Origin: a virus
Lineage: Duplodnaviria > Caudoviricetes
Virus record (IMG/VR): IMGVR_UViG_3300027833_000011
Strand: one strand, 5' to 3'
Length of the DNA: 64,000 nt
Shown here: positions 8,895 through 18,259 of the stretch, piece after piece
Layout: each line of letters starts with the position of its first letter
How positions within the stretch are numbered: position 1 is the first letter of the stretch
Translations under genes and position numbers: made by a program
The notes under the pieces: model-generated
What the model was told of the DNA's origin: nothing
The model's input: the letters and a program-made list of their open reading frames with translations, nothing else
The model's database searches: none

Positions 8895-10730
8895 ATGGCA
8901 GAGCAAAATTATACAATTTATCAAAGATTAGGAAAACTATTTGGTGGTACCAATACAGGAGGAAGTCCTGTTAGTGACCCAGCACCTACATACAATTTTG
9001 ATAAGAAAGAATTGTTAAGGACTACGGATAGTGCGGAGTATGAACAGGAAAAACTACAAGCACAACAAGCGTTGTTCTTAAATAATCAATGGACTAAAAT
9101 CGATAGTCAGTTATACCAACAGGCGGTTTTTCATGAACCAAATAGGATGGCTGCGTATTATGATTATGAGTCTATGGAGTTTACCCCTGAGATATCAGCG
9201 GCTTTAGATATATATGCTGAAGAAGCAACGACATTGTCAGAACAAGGGTATATCTTAAATGTTTATTCAGAGAGTAAAAGAATTAAATCAATATTAGGCG
9301 ATTTATTTAACAACATATTAGACATTGACACTAACTTACCTATGTGGACTAGAAACACATGTAAGTATGGTGATAATTTTCTTTATCTTAAATTAGACCC
9401 AAAGAAAGGTATTATTGGTTGTAACCAATTACCAAATATGGAAGTTGAAAGAATAGAGAAAGGAATGAATGTTCACGGGTCAAGTGGTAATCAAAGTAAT
9501 TCTTCAGAATCAAGAGAAACCAAATATGTTTGGAAAGAAAAAGATATGGAGTTTAATGTGTGGGAAATAGCACACTTTAGATTATTGGGTGACGATAGAA
9601 AATTACCTTATGGTACTTCTATGTTAGAAAAAGCAAGACGTATTTGGAAACAATTAGTTTTATCTGAAGATGCTATGTTAATTTATAGAACTTCAAGAGC
9701 ACCTGAAAGAAGAGTATTTAAAGTTTTTGTAGGAAATATGGACGATAAAGATGTCGACCAATATGTACAACGTATCGCTAATAAGTTTAAGAGAGATAAT
9801 GTGGTTGACCCATCTAATGGACAAGTGGACCAACGTTATAATCAAATGGCAGTGGACCAAGATTACTTCATCCCTGTTCGTGACCCTAACGCACCTAACC
9901 CTATAGATACTTTACCAGGAGCTCAGAATTTATCTGAAATTGCTGATATCGAATACATACAAAAGAAATTATTAGCGGCACTTCGTATACCTAAGGCGTT
10001 CTTAGGATTTGAAGATGTTGTTGCGGATGGTAAGAATTTAGCATTACAAGATATACGTTTCGCAAGAACTGTTAATCGTATTCAAAAAGCTATGATTCAG
10101 GAGTTAAATAAAGTTGCCGTCATTCACCTATATATGTTAGGGATGGAAGATGAATTAAATAACTTTACATTAGGTTTAACAAATCCTTCTACTCAATCTG
10201 ACTTACTTAAAGTTGAAGCGTGGAAAGAAAAGATATTACTTTATAAAGATGCCGTTAGTGACCCAGGTAATGGTATATCAGCAGTGTCACATACATGGGC
10301 TAAGAAAACAATCTTAGGAATGTCTGATGAAGAGGTTAAACTTGACTTACAACAACAACGTTTTGAAAAAGCGATTGCTAATGAATTGGAAAGAACATCA
10401 GAAGTAATAAAGAAAACAGGTGTCTTTACAAATATAGATGAACTATACGGAGACCCTGACGCCCCTGAACCTACAGGTGATGTGGATGATGGTTCTGATA
10501 TGGGAGGTATGGGAGACACAGGTATGGATTCTCCAGCAACGGAAGAACCTGTTGACGATATCCCAATGGACACTGACGGTGGTGAATTAGGTGAGAGTAA
10601 TACCGAAGAAGATTTATCCATTATATTAGAAACTAAGGACTTTGGTGTCCCTAAAAAATTAAATCTAATGAAGGGTCAAAAAGTGACTCATGAGTTAGAA
10701 AAAAAACTTAAAAATATCTTAGGAGAGTAA
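8895..10730 (+). CDS. Portal protein (T4 gp20-like)
   Basis: YESMEFTPEISAALDIYAEE, YRTSRAPERRVFKVFVGNM, DYFIPVR, IDTLPGAQNL..I.DIEY...KL.AAL.IP; acidic C-terminal tail. Confidence 0.93.
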   Translation: MAEQNYTIYQRLGKLFGGTNTGGSPVSDPAPTYNFDKKELLRTTDSAEYEQEKLQAQQALFLNNQWTKIDSQLYQQAVFHEPNRMAAYYDYESMEFTPEISAALDIYAEEATTLSEQGYILNVYSESKRIKSILGDLFNNILDIDTNLPMWTRNTCKYGDNFLYLKLDPKKGIIGCNQLPNMEVERIEKGMNVHGSSGNQSNSSESRETKYVWKEKDMEFNVWEIAHFRLLGDDRKLPYGTSMLEKARRIWKQLVLSEDAMLIYRTSRAPERRVFKVFVGNMDDKDVDQYVQRIANKFKRDNVVDPSNGQVDQRYNQMAVDQDYFIPVRDPNAPNPIDTLPGAQNLSEIADIEYIQKKLLAALRIPKAFLGFEDVVADGKNLALQDIRFARTVNRIQKAMIQELNKVAVIHLYMLGMEDELNNFTLGLTNPSTQSDLLKVEAWKEKILLYKDAVSDPGNGISAVSHTWAKKTILGMSDEEVKLDLQQQRFEKAIANELERTSEVIKKTGVFTNIDELYGDPDAPEPTGDVDDGSDMGGMGDTGMDSPATEEPVDDIPMDTDGGELGESNTEEDLSIILETKDFGVPKKLNLMKGQKVTHELEKKLKNILGE

Positions 10731-10773
10731 TTAATACAAACTTTAAGATATTTATTAGTAAACACATTGTAAT

Positions 10774-11499
10774 ATGATTGCTTTAGGAAAATTAAGACAA
10801 CAGGTTTATACTCGCTTAGCCGAAGAATATACAAAGAAAGAATCGTTTAAGAAAACGTTTAATTCTATAATGACAGTATTAAATGAAAACAAATCTCTTA
10901 ATAAGGTTTTTAACATTTATACAGATTTCGAAACTAGACACATTTCTAGTAAAGAAATCGCTTCAGAGTTTATTGTTGAGGCGGTAAATGAAATTAAATC
11001 TTTAATGACTAAAGATTACGTTTCAGGAGTTAAAAAACTTTCTACGTTAGTAAGTCAAGTGAAATGTAATGAGAATGATACTACAAAACATTTAGACATT
11101 TTAGTTCATAATCACGGATACGAAACATTAGTGGAACGTATTGAGTCAAAGAATACTTTAGTTGGTATTTTAACTGAGACTAGAGAGATTAAGGAATCTA
11201 CTAATCCTGTAACACAATCAATATTATCTTCTTTATTGGTAACTAAATTTAATGACAAATTTTCGGTAATGACTGAATCTGAGAAAGAAAAGTTTAAGAA
11301 ATATACTGACATGAATACGTCAGAAGTTAATAATATAGTTACTGAATTAAAAGCACAACTTAGAGAGTCAATTAACGAATTGAAGTCTAATGTTGAATTA
11401 AAAGATATTGTTTTAGAGGTTGAAAAGAAAGTGGACGAGAGTGGTTCAGATTTATTATCTTTAGTAAAATTAGAACAACTTAAAGAAAGTTTATCTTAA
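10774..11499 (+). CDS. Hypothetical helical protein next to portal
   Basis: 241-aa ORF with the late motif at 10749-10756. Confidence 0.65.
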   Translation: MIALGKLRQQVYTRLAEEYTKKESFKKTFNSIMTVLNENKSLNKVFNIYTDFETRHISSKEIASEFIVEAVNEIKSLMTKDYVSGVKKLSTLVSQVKCNENDTTKHLDILVHNHGYETLVERIESKNTLVGILTETREIKESTNPVTQSILSSLLVTKFNDKFSVMTESEKEKFKKYTDMNTSEVNNIVTELKAQLRESINELKSNVELKDIVLEVEKKVDESGSDLLSLVKLEQLKESLS

Positions 11500-11690
11500 A
11501 GTTCTTCTCTATCACTTTTAGCTTGTAGGTATACCGCCTTAGATTTTTGTTTTCTTTTAATAGACGAAGGTTTCTCGTGATATCTATTTTCTCTTATTTT
11601 TTGTTGTTGTTTAACGTTACGAACTTTTCTTTTATATCTTTTCAAAGCTCTTTCGATAGATTCATTTTTTCCTAATTTTATAATTAACAT
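11496..11690 (-). CDS. rpsU: 30S ribosomal protein bS21 (Bacteroidia-type)
   Basis: ESIERALKRYKRK...RENRYHEKPS..KRK...KAVY; 64 aa; Tyr at position 54. Confidence 0.93.
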   Translation of the reverse strand: MLIIKLGKNESIERALKRYKRKVRNVKQQQKIRENRYHEKPSSIKRKQKSKAVYLQAKSDREEL

Positions 11691-11772
11691 AGATTGTGTT
11701 TAAATTCTTATTTATTATAAATATACGGAATATCTTTGTATTATACAAACCTTCTAAAAAAAAGTAAGTTTT

Positions 11773-11801
11773 TTGACATGTAGGGTTATTTTTACTATAA
11801 T
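11773..11801 (+). promoter_or_regulatory. Perfect sigma70 consensus promoter
   Basis: TTGACA-N17-TATAAT, 40 nt upstream of the ATG at 11841. Confidence 0.7.
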
Positions 11802-11840
11802 ATTATCAGGGACAATAAAAAGAAAAGATTATGACAATAT

Positions 11841-12278
11841 ATGAAATCAGGTAAATTCATAAATTTAAATGTTAATGAACAATTTAAATGTGGGTACGGA
11901 ACTGTAGACTCAAAAAACTTAAAATCGATATACTCTAAAATAACCTGTTGGATTGAACCAACAAATAACGTAACTAATTGGAATACCGTAATAGGTGGTT
12001 TAAAACGTAAGATATCAGGTAAATTAACAGAAACACTGAATATTACAGATAAATTTAAAAAGGATAGGTTTATTGTTGACTTAGATATTAGGGCGAGTGG
12101 ATTAGAAAAAGGTAAGAAGTCTTTTATGAACTGTGAAATAACACTGTTTACGAATGGTAGTTATGAGATTAGAGACATAGATTTTAAAACAGATGTTAAT
12201 CACATAATAGAGAATATAATCGATAATTCGGTTATCCCCTATTCAAGTTTTACGTACTATAAAAGTAAGAGAGGTTAG
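11841..12278 (+). CDS. Hypothetical protein
   Basis: 145-aa ORF with its own promoter and terminator. Confidence 0.7.
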   Translation: MKSGKFINLNVNEQFKCGYGTVDSKNLKSIYSKITCWIEPTNNVTNWNTVIGGLKRKISGKLTETLNITDKFKKDRFIVDLDIRASGLEKGKKSFMNCEITLFTNGSYEIRDIDFKTDVNHIIENIIDNSVIPYSSFTYYKSKRG

Positions 12279-12292
12279 TCCTCTCTTTTTTT
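12267..12292 (+). terminator. Intrinsic terminator overlapping the stop codon
   Basis: AAGAGAGG-TTAGT-CCTCTCTT followed by a T run. Confidence 0.8.
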
Positions 12293-12359
12293 ATGCTCAA
12301 ACTTTATAAAATTTTTCTTTGTATTAATATATTTATAGTATAGAAACATATGTAACATT

Positions 12360-13049
12360 ATGAAAATATTGAACCAAAACGATACGAACACAAGAGGTAT
12401 CCTTATAGAATATGATGCTGGTCATATAAAACCTTCTGAAAACAAATCAGTTATCAGAGAGATGAAGGAGATGAATAAAGATAACTTTGTGTTGTATGCA
12501 GTACTTCAAAAATACGATACCCCAAATAAAAACGGTAGAATCTACGGTGAAAGAATCCTAAAGAGAGAAACCGACAACTATAAAACTTTAATAGAACAAG
12601 GAAGAGCGTTAGGTGAATTAAATCACCCCGAAACTTCTTTAGTTGATTTAGAGAGAACATCACACCGTATTACTGAGTGTTGGTGGGACGGTAAAATATT
12701 AATGGGTAAAGTTGAATTATTAACATCTGAAGCATTTAGGTCTACAGGGCAAATTACATGTATGGGTGATATCGCAGCGAACTTATTATTACACGGAGTT
12801 ACATTAGGTATCTCATCAAGAGGTGTTGGGTCGTTAAAAAAATCAGGAGAATATAATGAAGTACAAGATGACTTCGAAATGGTTTGTTTTGATTTAGTAT
12901 CATCACCATCTACACCAGGAGCATATCTATTCCAAGACGAGGGGGATAGAGAGAAATATGCTGAGTCTATAGATAAGAAAGAACCTACAATTACTGATAA
13001 TAAGACACTAAATTTAATGAATAAATTAAACTCATTCTTAGGAAAATAA
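12360..13049 (+). CDS. Prohead core protease (T4 gp21-like)
   Basis: NKNGRIY, ALGELNHP (catalytic His), LGISSRGVGSL (catalytic Ser), FDLVSSPSTPGA. Confidence 0.92.
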   Translation: MKILNQNDTNTRGILIEYDAGHIKPSENKSVIREMKEMNKDNFVLYAVLQKYDTPNKNGRIYGERILKRETDNYKTLIEQGRALGELNHPETSLVDLERTSHRITECWWDGKILMGKVELLTSEAFRSTGQITCMGDIAANLLLHGVTLGISSRGVGSLKKSGEYNEVQDDFEMVCFDLVSSPSTPGAYLFQDEGDREKYAESIDKKEPTITDNKTLNLMNKLNSFLGK

Positions 13050-13151
13050 AAAAAAACTTAATATTTATTCGTTTGTAGTATGTTTTTTTCGTACTACAAA
13101 TATATTTATATAAGTATAATAAAATAAATACATTAAAAAAACATAGAAAAA

Positions 13152-14435
13152 ATGGCTAAATCAATCTTAGAAGAAGCATTACTTCAGGTGTCACAACTTG
13201 AGGAAGCGGTTAAGAACAACGCAAAAGAAATACTTGCATCTACAATGAAGCAAGAAATTGATGAGCTAGTAAGAGAATCTATGGAAGAACCTCAAGAGGA
13301 CGTAGAAGCATCATTAGAGATGGAACCTACAGAAGAATTATCAGAAGAATCTACAGATGTAGAAGAAACTGAATTAGACGAACAATTTGAGGGGTCTGAA
13401 GATGAAGACGAATCTGAAGAATCAGATGACGACGAAATAGAAGACGAAGACGAAGACAACGATGACGATGAGTCAGAGGAGTTAGAAGACTTCGATTCTA
13501 AAGAAGAGTCAGAAGAGGAATCGGAATTCGGAGACATTGAAATGCCAACGTTAGAATTACCATCACTTGATGATGAGGAGGACGAGGTTATTGATATGAC
13601 AGGCGCATCTGACGAAGAGATTCTAAAAGTCTTCAAATCCATGGGAGAAGAAGACGGTATCATCGTATCACAAGAAGAAGACGGAACTGTTCACTTAGAG
13701 GACGGAGATGACGAGTACAGAATTGAGGTTAACGAATCTGAAGACGAAGAGTCTGATGAGGAAGTTGCTGAAGAGGAAGTATCGGAATCGACGGAACCTA
13801 TCGAAGAGTCGTCTGATGAAGTAGTTTATGAAATAGAATTAGACGAAGAAGTTGCTGAAGAAGTTGCTGAAGAAGAAGTTACTGAAGAAGTAGTGGAAGA
13901 AGAAGTTACTGAAGAAGTTACTGAAGGGTCTGAGGAAGAAGAAGAAACTCCTGAAGCTGATATGGAAGAGGCATCAAGAACTCACGCAGCTGACGCAAGA
14001 GTCCCTTCAAATCAAGGTAAAAAATATAAAGCAGGTCGTGCTGACTTAAGCGAAGATATTAAAACTTTGAAGTCGAAGAACGGCGAATTAACTGAAGCCC
14101 TAAAGGTATTCAGAGACAAATTAAACGAAGTTGGAGTATTCAACGCAAACTTAGCATACGCTACTAGATTGTTTACGGAACACACAACAACGAAATCGGA
14201 GAAATTAAACATCTTAAAGAGATTTGACGGTATTGAAACGTTAAAAGAATCTAAGTCGTTATACAATTCGATTAAAAATGAATTAACTGCTTCAGATACA
14301 AAGTTAACTGAAACAGTTGTAAACAAAATTTCATCATCACCAAAATCAGGTTCATCTGAAAGATTAGTGGAGTCTAAAACTTATGAGAATCCACAGATTA
14401 GAAGAATCAAAGAGATGATGGGTATTGTTAAATAA
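13152..14435 (+). CDS. Prohead core scaffolding protein
   Basis: Extremely acidic, with a C-terminal coiled coil (LNEVGVFNANLAY). It lies between the protease and the major capsid gene. Confidence 0.75.
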   Translation: MAKSILEEALLQVSQLEEAVKNNAKEILASTMKQEIDELVRESMEEPQEDVEASLEMEPTEELSEESTDVEETELDEQFEGSEDEDESEESDDDEIEDEDEDNDDDESEELEDFDSKEESEEESEFGDIEMPTLELPSLDDEEDEVIDMTGASDEEILKVFKSMGEEDGIIVSQEEDGTVHLEDGDDEYRIEVNESEDEESDEEVAEEEVSESTEPIEESSDEVVYEIELDEEVAEEVAEEEVTEEVVEEEVTEEVTEGSEEEEETPEADMEEASRTHAADARVPSNQGKKYKAGRADLSEDIKTLKSKNGELTEALKVFRDKLNEVGVFNANLAYATRLFTEHTTTKSEKLNILKRFDGIETLKESKSLYNSIKNELTASDTKLTETVVNKISSSPKSGSSERLVESKTYENPQIRRIKEMMGIVK

Positions 14436-14470
14436 TAAAATAAATAAAATTAATATAAAACCAAATTAAA

Positions 14471-16195
14471 ATGGGAGCATTATTAGAATCAGGATTAGTT
14501 GGTAACATCGGGTTAAAACACCTAAAAGTTATCAAAGAAGACACAATTAACAAATGGGACAAATTAGGATTTTTAGAAGGTCTTAATGGTCACCAAAAAG
14601 AGAACGTTGCACAGTTATTTGAAAACCAAGCATCATACTTAATTAACGAGGCAGCTCACACGGATTCAGCAGGTTCATTCGAAACTGTAGTATTTCCAAT
14701 CGTAAGAAGAGTATTCTCAAAATTATTAGCTAACGATATCGTATCGGTACAAGCTATGAACTTACCAATCGGTAAATTATTCTTCTTCGTACCAAAGGTA
14801 CAAGATAGAAAAGATGACAATGGTCACTATAAGCCATTCGGATTCCCAGGTGGAACTGAATACGCTAACTCATCAATGGCAGGATATGAAAACGGTTCAA
14901 AGAATTTATATGATAGATTCTACGAAGACGGTTCAACTGACTCAGGAATGTTTGATTACTCAAAAGGTGATTTCATCCAAGGTTCTGTAGAAGGTGGAGA
15001 AGCAGTTGATGGAGTAGTTGTTTTAACAACATCTACGGATTTAGTAGATGCTAATGGCGATGCAATACTAGTCTCTAAAGTAAAATTAGACTTTAAAGGT
15101 TTCCAAGACAAAGGTGCTGGGAAATTACACGGACCAAACGGTCAAGAAGTAGATTCAGAAGAATTCTTAGCTTCATTAACAGTTAAATTAGACGGTAAAG
15201 AAGTAGACTTTAGAGTAGTAACTCAGAAGTATGGTAAAGGTATCGTTGGAGGTTTAACTTCAAAGTCTTCAGCAGACACACCAGGTGGTCAATTCCAACA
15301 AATATGTGATGCTGACGGTATCATACATTTAGAAGCTGATGTTGAAACATATGACGCAGCCGCTGGATGGTCACCACAATCAGTGGTAATTGAAGATTTC
15401 AAAGTAGAGTGGAGACAATATTCTGATTTAGAATTTGAAGACGCTATCGGTGAGGTTTCTTTTGACTTAGAGTCAGTAACTGTATCTGTAACGGAAAGAA
15501 AATTAAGAGCTTCTTGGTCACCAGAATTGGCACAAGACGTTTCTGCTTTCCATAACATCGATGCTGAAGCTGAATTAACGGCTTTATTATCTGAGCAAGT
15601 AGCAGCAGAAATCGATAGAGAAATCTTAAGAGACTTAAGAAAAGGTGCAGCATGGCAATTGAAGTGGGATGCTAACGAATGGAAATACGGTAACAACGGA
15701 GCTTCATTTGCGGGATACACTCAAAAAGATTGGAACCAAACGTTAATCACTAAGATTAACCAAGTTTCGGCACAAATTCACAAATCTACCTTAAGAGGTG
15801 GAGCTAACTGGATTGTTGTTTCTTCTGAAGTATCAGCTATCTTTGACGATTTAGAGTACTTCCACGTATCTAACGCATCACCTGAACAAGATTCATACAA
15901 CATGGGTATTGAAAAGGTTGGTACATTAGCAGGAAGATACCAAGTATTCAGAGACCCTTACTTCCCAGCAGGAAAAATCTTAATGGGACATAAAGGTACA
16001 TCTTTACTTGATACAGGATATGTATACGCACCATACGTGCCATTACAGTTAACTCCTACAATGTATAACCCGTTTAACTTTACTCCGATAAAGGGTATTA
16101 TGACGAGATACGCTAAGAAAATGGTTAATAACCGTTTCTATGGTGTTATTTCTGTTGCGGGTATTCAATCATTTGATATCTCTGAATTAAGATAA
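14471..16195 (+). CDS. Major capsid protein (T4 gp23-like)
   Basis: FPIVRRVFSKLLANDIVSVQAMNLPIG, RKLRASWSPELAQD, DAEAELTALLSEQVAAEIDREI, GYVYAPYVPL, IMTRYA. Confidence 0.96.
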   Translation: MGALLESGLVGNIGLKHLKVIKEDTINKWDKLGFLEGLNGHQKENVAQLFENQASYLINEAAHTDSAGSFETVVFPIVRRVFSKLLANDIVSVQAMNLPIGKLFFFVPKVQDRKDDNGHYKPFGFPGGTEYANSSMAGYENGSKNLYDRFYEDGSTDSGMFDYSKGDFIQGSVEGGEAVDGVVVLTTSTDLVDANGDAILVSKVKLDFKGFQDKGAGKLHGPNGQEVDSEEFLASLTVKLDGKEVDFRVVTQKYGKGIVGGLTSKSSADTPGGQFQQICDADGIIHLEADVETYDAAAGWSPQSVVIEDFKVEWRQYSDLEFEDAIGEVSFDLESVTVSVTERKLRASWSPELAQDVSAFHNIDAEAELTALLSEQVAAEIDREILRDLRKGAAWQLKWDANEWKYGNNGASFAGYTQKDWNQTLITKINQVSAQIHKSTLRGGANWIVVSSEVSAIFDDLEYFHVSNASPEQDSYNMGIEKVGTLAGRYQVFRDPYFPAGKILMGHKGTSLLDTGYVYAPYVPLQLTPTMYNPFNFTPIKGIMTRYAKKMVNNRFYGVISVAGIQSFDISELR

Positions 16196-16224
16196 TCTTA
16201 ATTCTTAGTAATATACTAAAAACT

Positions 16225-16252
16225 AAGGGTCCCTTCGGGGACCCTTTTTTTA
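16225..16252 (+). terminator. Strong terminator after the major capsid gene
   Basis: AAGGGTCCC-TTCG-GGGACCCTT (C(UUCG)G tetraloop) followed by a T run. Confidence 0.92.
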
Positions 16253-16345
16253 TGCTAAGAAAAAGGGATTTTCTTTACAATAGAGATGTAACGTGATAAG
16301 ATTTTTGAAATAACTTTACGGATGTGTGATATTAACTATAGGGAC

Positions 16346-16373
16346 AAAAAAAAACGAGAATTAACTCGTTTTG
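16346..16373. terminator. Bidirectional terminator
   Basis: AAAACGAG-AATTAA-CTCGTTTT flanked by A and T runs; it ends the minus-strand operon. Confidence 0.65.
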
Positions 16374-16375
16374 TA

Positions 16376-16642
16376 TTATTGTTTTTCTGATATGGTTATT
16401 TTAAGGTCACCAGTACCTTTAAATATTCTATGATAGACCATCTTAGGGATTTTATATGTTCGTCCTTCTAATAAGACCTGAGGTAGTTCTTCATCCATTT
16501 GTAACATCCACCCATTACTCTGCTCTATAAAAACCTCACGAGTGTTTAAATCTCTATGCCATACGAGTTCTTCAGAATCCACATCCTCAGTGAATGTCCT
16601 TTTGAATTTATCTTTACTAATATTTTCCTGTTCGTATACCAT
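16376..16642 (-). CDS. Small cupin-like protein
   Basis: ELVWHRD..TREV and YKIPKMVYHRIFKG resemble the two cupin metal-binding motifs. Confidence 0.55.
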   Translation of the reverse strand: MVYEQENISKDKFKRTFTEDVDSEELVWHRDLNTREVFIEQSNGWMLQMDEELPQVLLEGRTYKIPKMVYHRIFKGTGDLKITISEKQ

Positions 16643-18255
16643 TACCAGAATCTACCTGAAACGTTTGTACCGAAATCTTTGTGTGCTCTACAAGCCCAAT
16701 AACCCGCTTTAGTCTTATCTTTCTTCTCAGTACATCTATGTCTTGCTACGAATGATTTACGAGCTCCTGGGTCATTCCATTTGGCTGACATATCAGGAGA
16801 ACCGTAACTTATCTTTTTAACTTTACCCGTCTTAGGGTTTTTAACGTAAACATACCACTTCTTAGAACCTCCCGATTTAGGTTTGTTTAATTCGATGTCT
16901 TTACCTTTATATTCGGATTCATTAATCATTGGGAAGTCGAAAGGTAATCTCTCACCTTCATATATGAAAAATTTACCACAGTCAGATTCTAATAATTCAA
17001 TTTCCTCTTCAGACCATTCACCGACCCCTTTATTATAAAGTTCACGAGATTCGTTAATTAAATTAAAGTATTTCGGACTACCATGTCTAAATATATTTTC
17101 AGTAATTAAAAGATTATTACTTAAATGAAACTGTAACTCATTAGAACTTTCTTTTAAATCATTACCCATACCTTTAAAAACGGTACTCATTACTTTTCTA
17201 AATTTCGCTAACTCTTCAGGGGTTGCGTCTTTAACATCGGTAGTTTGATTATCTGACCATACAAGACTTGAAAAATTGTCTTTATTAAAACCACTATTTA
17301 CCCAATCTTCTTCGGTAAATTCGACACCTTCATCTTTGTTGATGTATCTCATAGGGTCCACTAACTTACCATTCTTTTTCATTTCGAAATGTAAGTGAGG
17401 TCCTGTAGAACGACCTCTATTTGGGTCATTTTTACCACCACCAGACAAACCAATAACCTGACCTCTTTTAACGGGAGTACCAAGTTTTAAAAAGTTTATC
17501 TTTTTAACGTGACAATAACGAGTCGTTATTTTACCACCATGTTGAATCTTTATTGTACCACCACAAGCATTATTATTATATCCGGTATCCTTAATTATAA
17601 CACCATCTAAAGGAGATACTATGTTACTACCCGATGGTAAAGCCAAGTCAACACCATAATGTGTTCTTGTACCACCACCTCTGGGTTCTTTAAATTTACC
17701 CGTAACCTTTGTTGATTTAACAGGGTTTAATATTGTGACTTCAGTTAACTCTTTAGAGGATTCTTCAAAATCTACCTGTAACTTATTAATTGTTTCTAAA
17801 TGATTAAGACTTTCAGATATAGTGTCATTTAATAATGGTATAGACGGCATATTAGATAAATGATTAGTTTTGAAATCAATAATCTTTTCTATAAACTTTT
17901 CTAATATTAAATCCTCTAAAAACCCAACACTAAAAGAAGTGATAGAACCAATACCTGAACCCGGTAATGATTCGATAACTCTTTGTACGACATCGATTAA
18001 ATCTCTTTTAAAACTATCTTCATATTCTGATAATTCTTTAATCGAATCTTCATTAATTTCAGGGTTAGATTTTATATACTCATCAAAGTTTTTGTTATTA
18101 CGTTTAAGCTCGAAAATATTCTTTGCCAATGCGGGGATTGTAACCAATAAATCAGGTCCATCAACCGTAGCGGCTAATTGTGGAATCGCATCTCCTAGTG
18201 TGTCTGTAATATAATCAAGTAACCCTGATTCTTTAATATAAATCTTCTTTTTCAT
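16642..18255 (-). CDS. Multi-domain protein with a central M23 peptidase domain
   Basis: HYGVDLA (HxxxD), TRYCH, STGPHLHFE (HxH); basic C-terminal domain ending RKSFVARHRC...AGYWAC. The ATG at 18255 is preferred over the GTG at 18270. Confidence 0.8.
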   Translation of the reverse strand: MKKKIYIKESGLLDYITDTLGDAIPQLAATVDGPDLLVTIPALAKNIFELKRNNKNFDEYIKSNPEINEDSIKELSEYEDSFKRDLIDVVQRVIESLPGSGIGSITSFSVGFLEDLILEKFIEKIIDFKTNHLSNMPSIPLLNDTISESLNHLETINKLQVDFEESSKELTEVTILNPVKSTKVTGKFKEPRGGGTRTHYGVDLALPSGSNIVSPLDGVIIKDTGYNNNACGGTIKIQHGGKITTRYCHVKKINFLKLGTPVKRGQVIGLSGGGKNDPNRGRSTGPHLHFEMKKNGKLVDPMRYINKDEGVEFTEEDWVNSGFNKDNFSSLVWSDNQTTDVKDATPEELAKFRKVMSTVFKGMGNDLKESSNELQFHLSNNLLITENIFRHGSPKYFNLINESRELYNKGVGEWSEEEIELLESDCGKFFIYEGERLPFDFPMINESEYKGKDIELNKPKSGGSKKWYVYVKNPKTGKVKKISYGSPDMSAKWNDPGARKSFVARHRCTEKKDKTKAGYWACRAHKDFGTNVSGRFW

Positions 18256-18259
18256 ATTA

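Noticed and set aside
13097-13104. Minus-strand TATATTTG as a Bacteroidota -7 element (also a lone TATCTTTG at 11731)
   Set aside because: There is no matching TTTG -33 element at 19-21 nt, and such words are expected by chance in AT-rich DNA.
13840-13935. GAAGAAGTT(G/A)CT repeats
   Set aside because: They simply encode the EEV(A/T)E low-complexity region of the scaffold protein.
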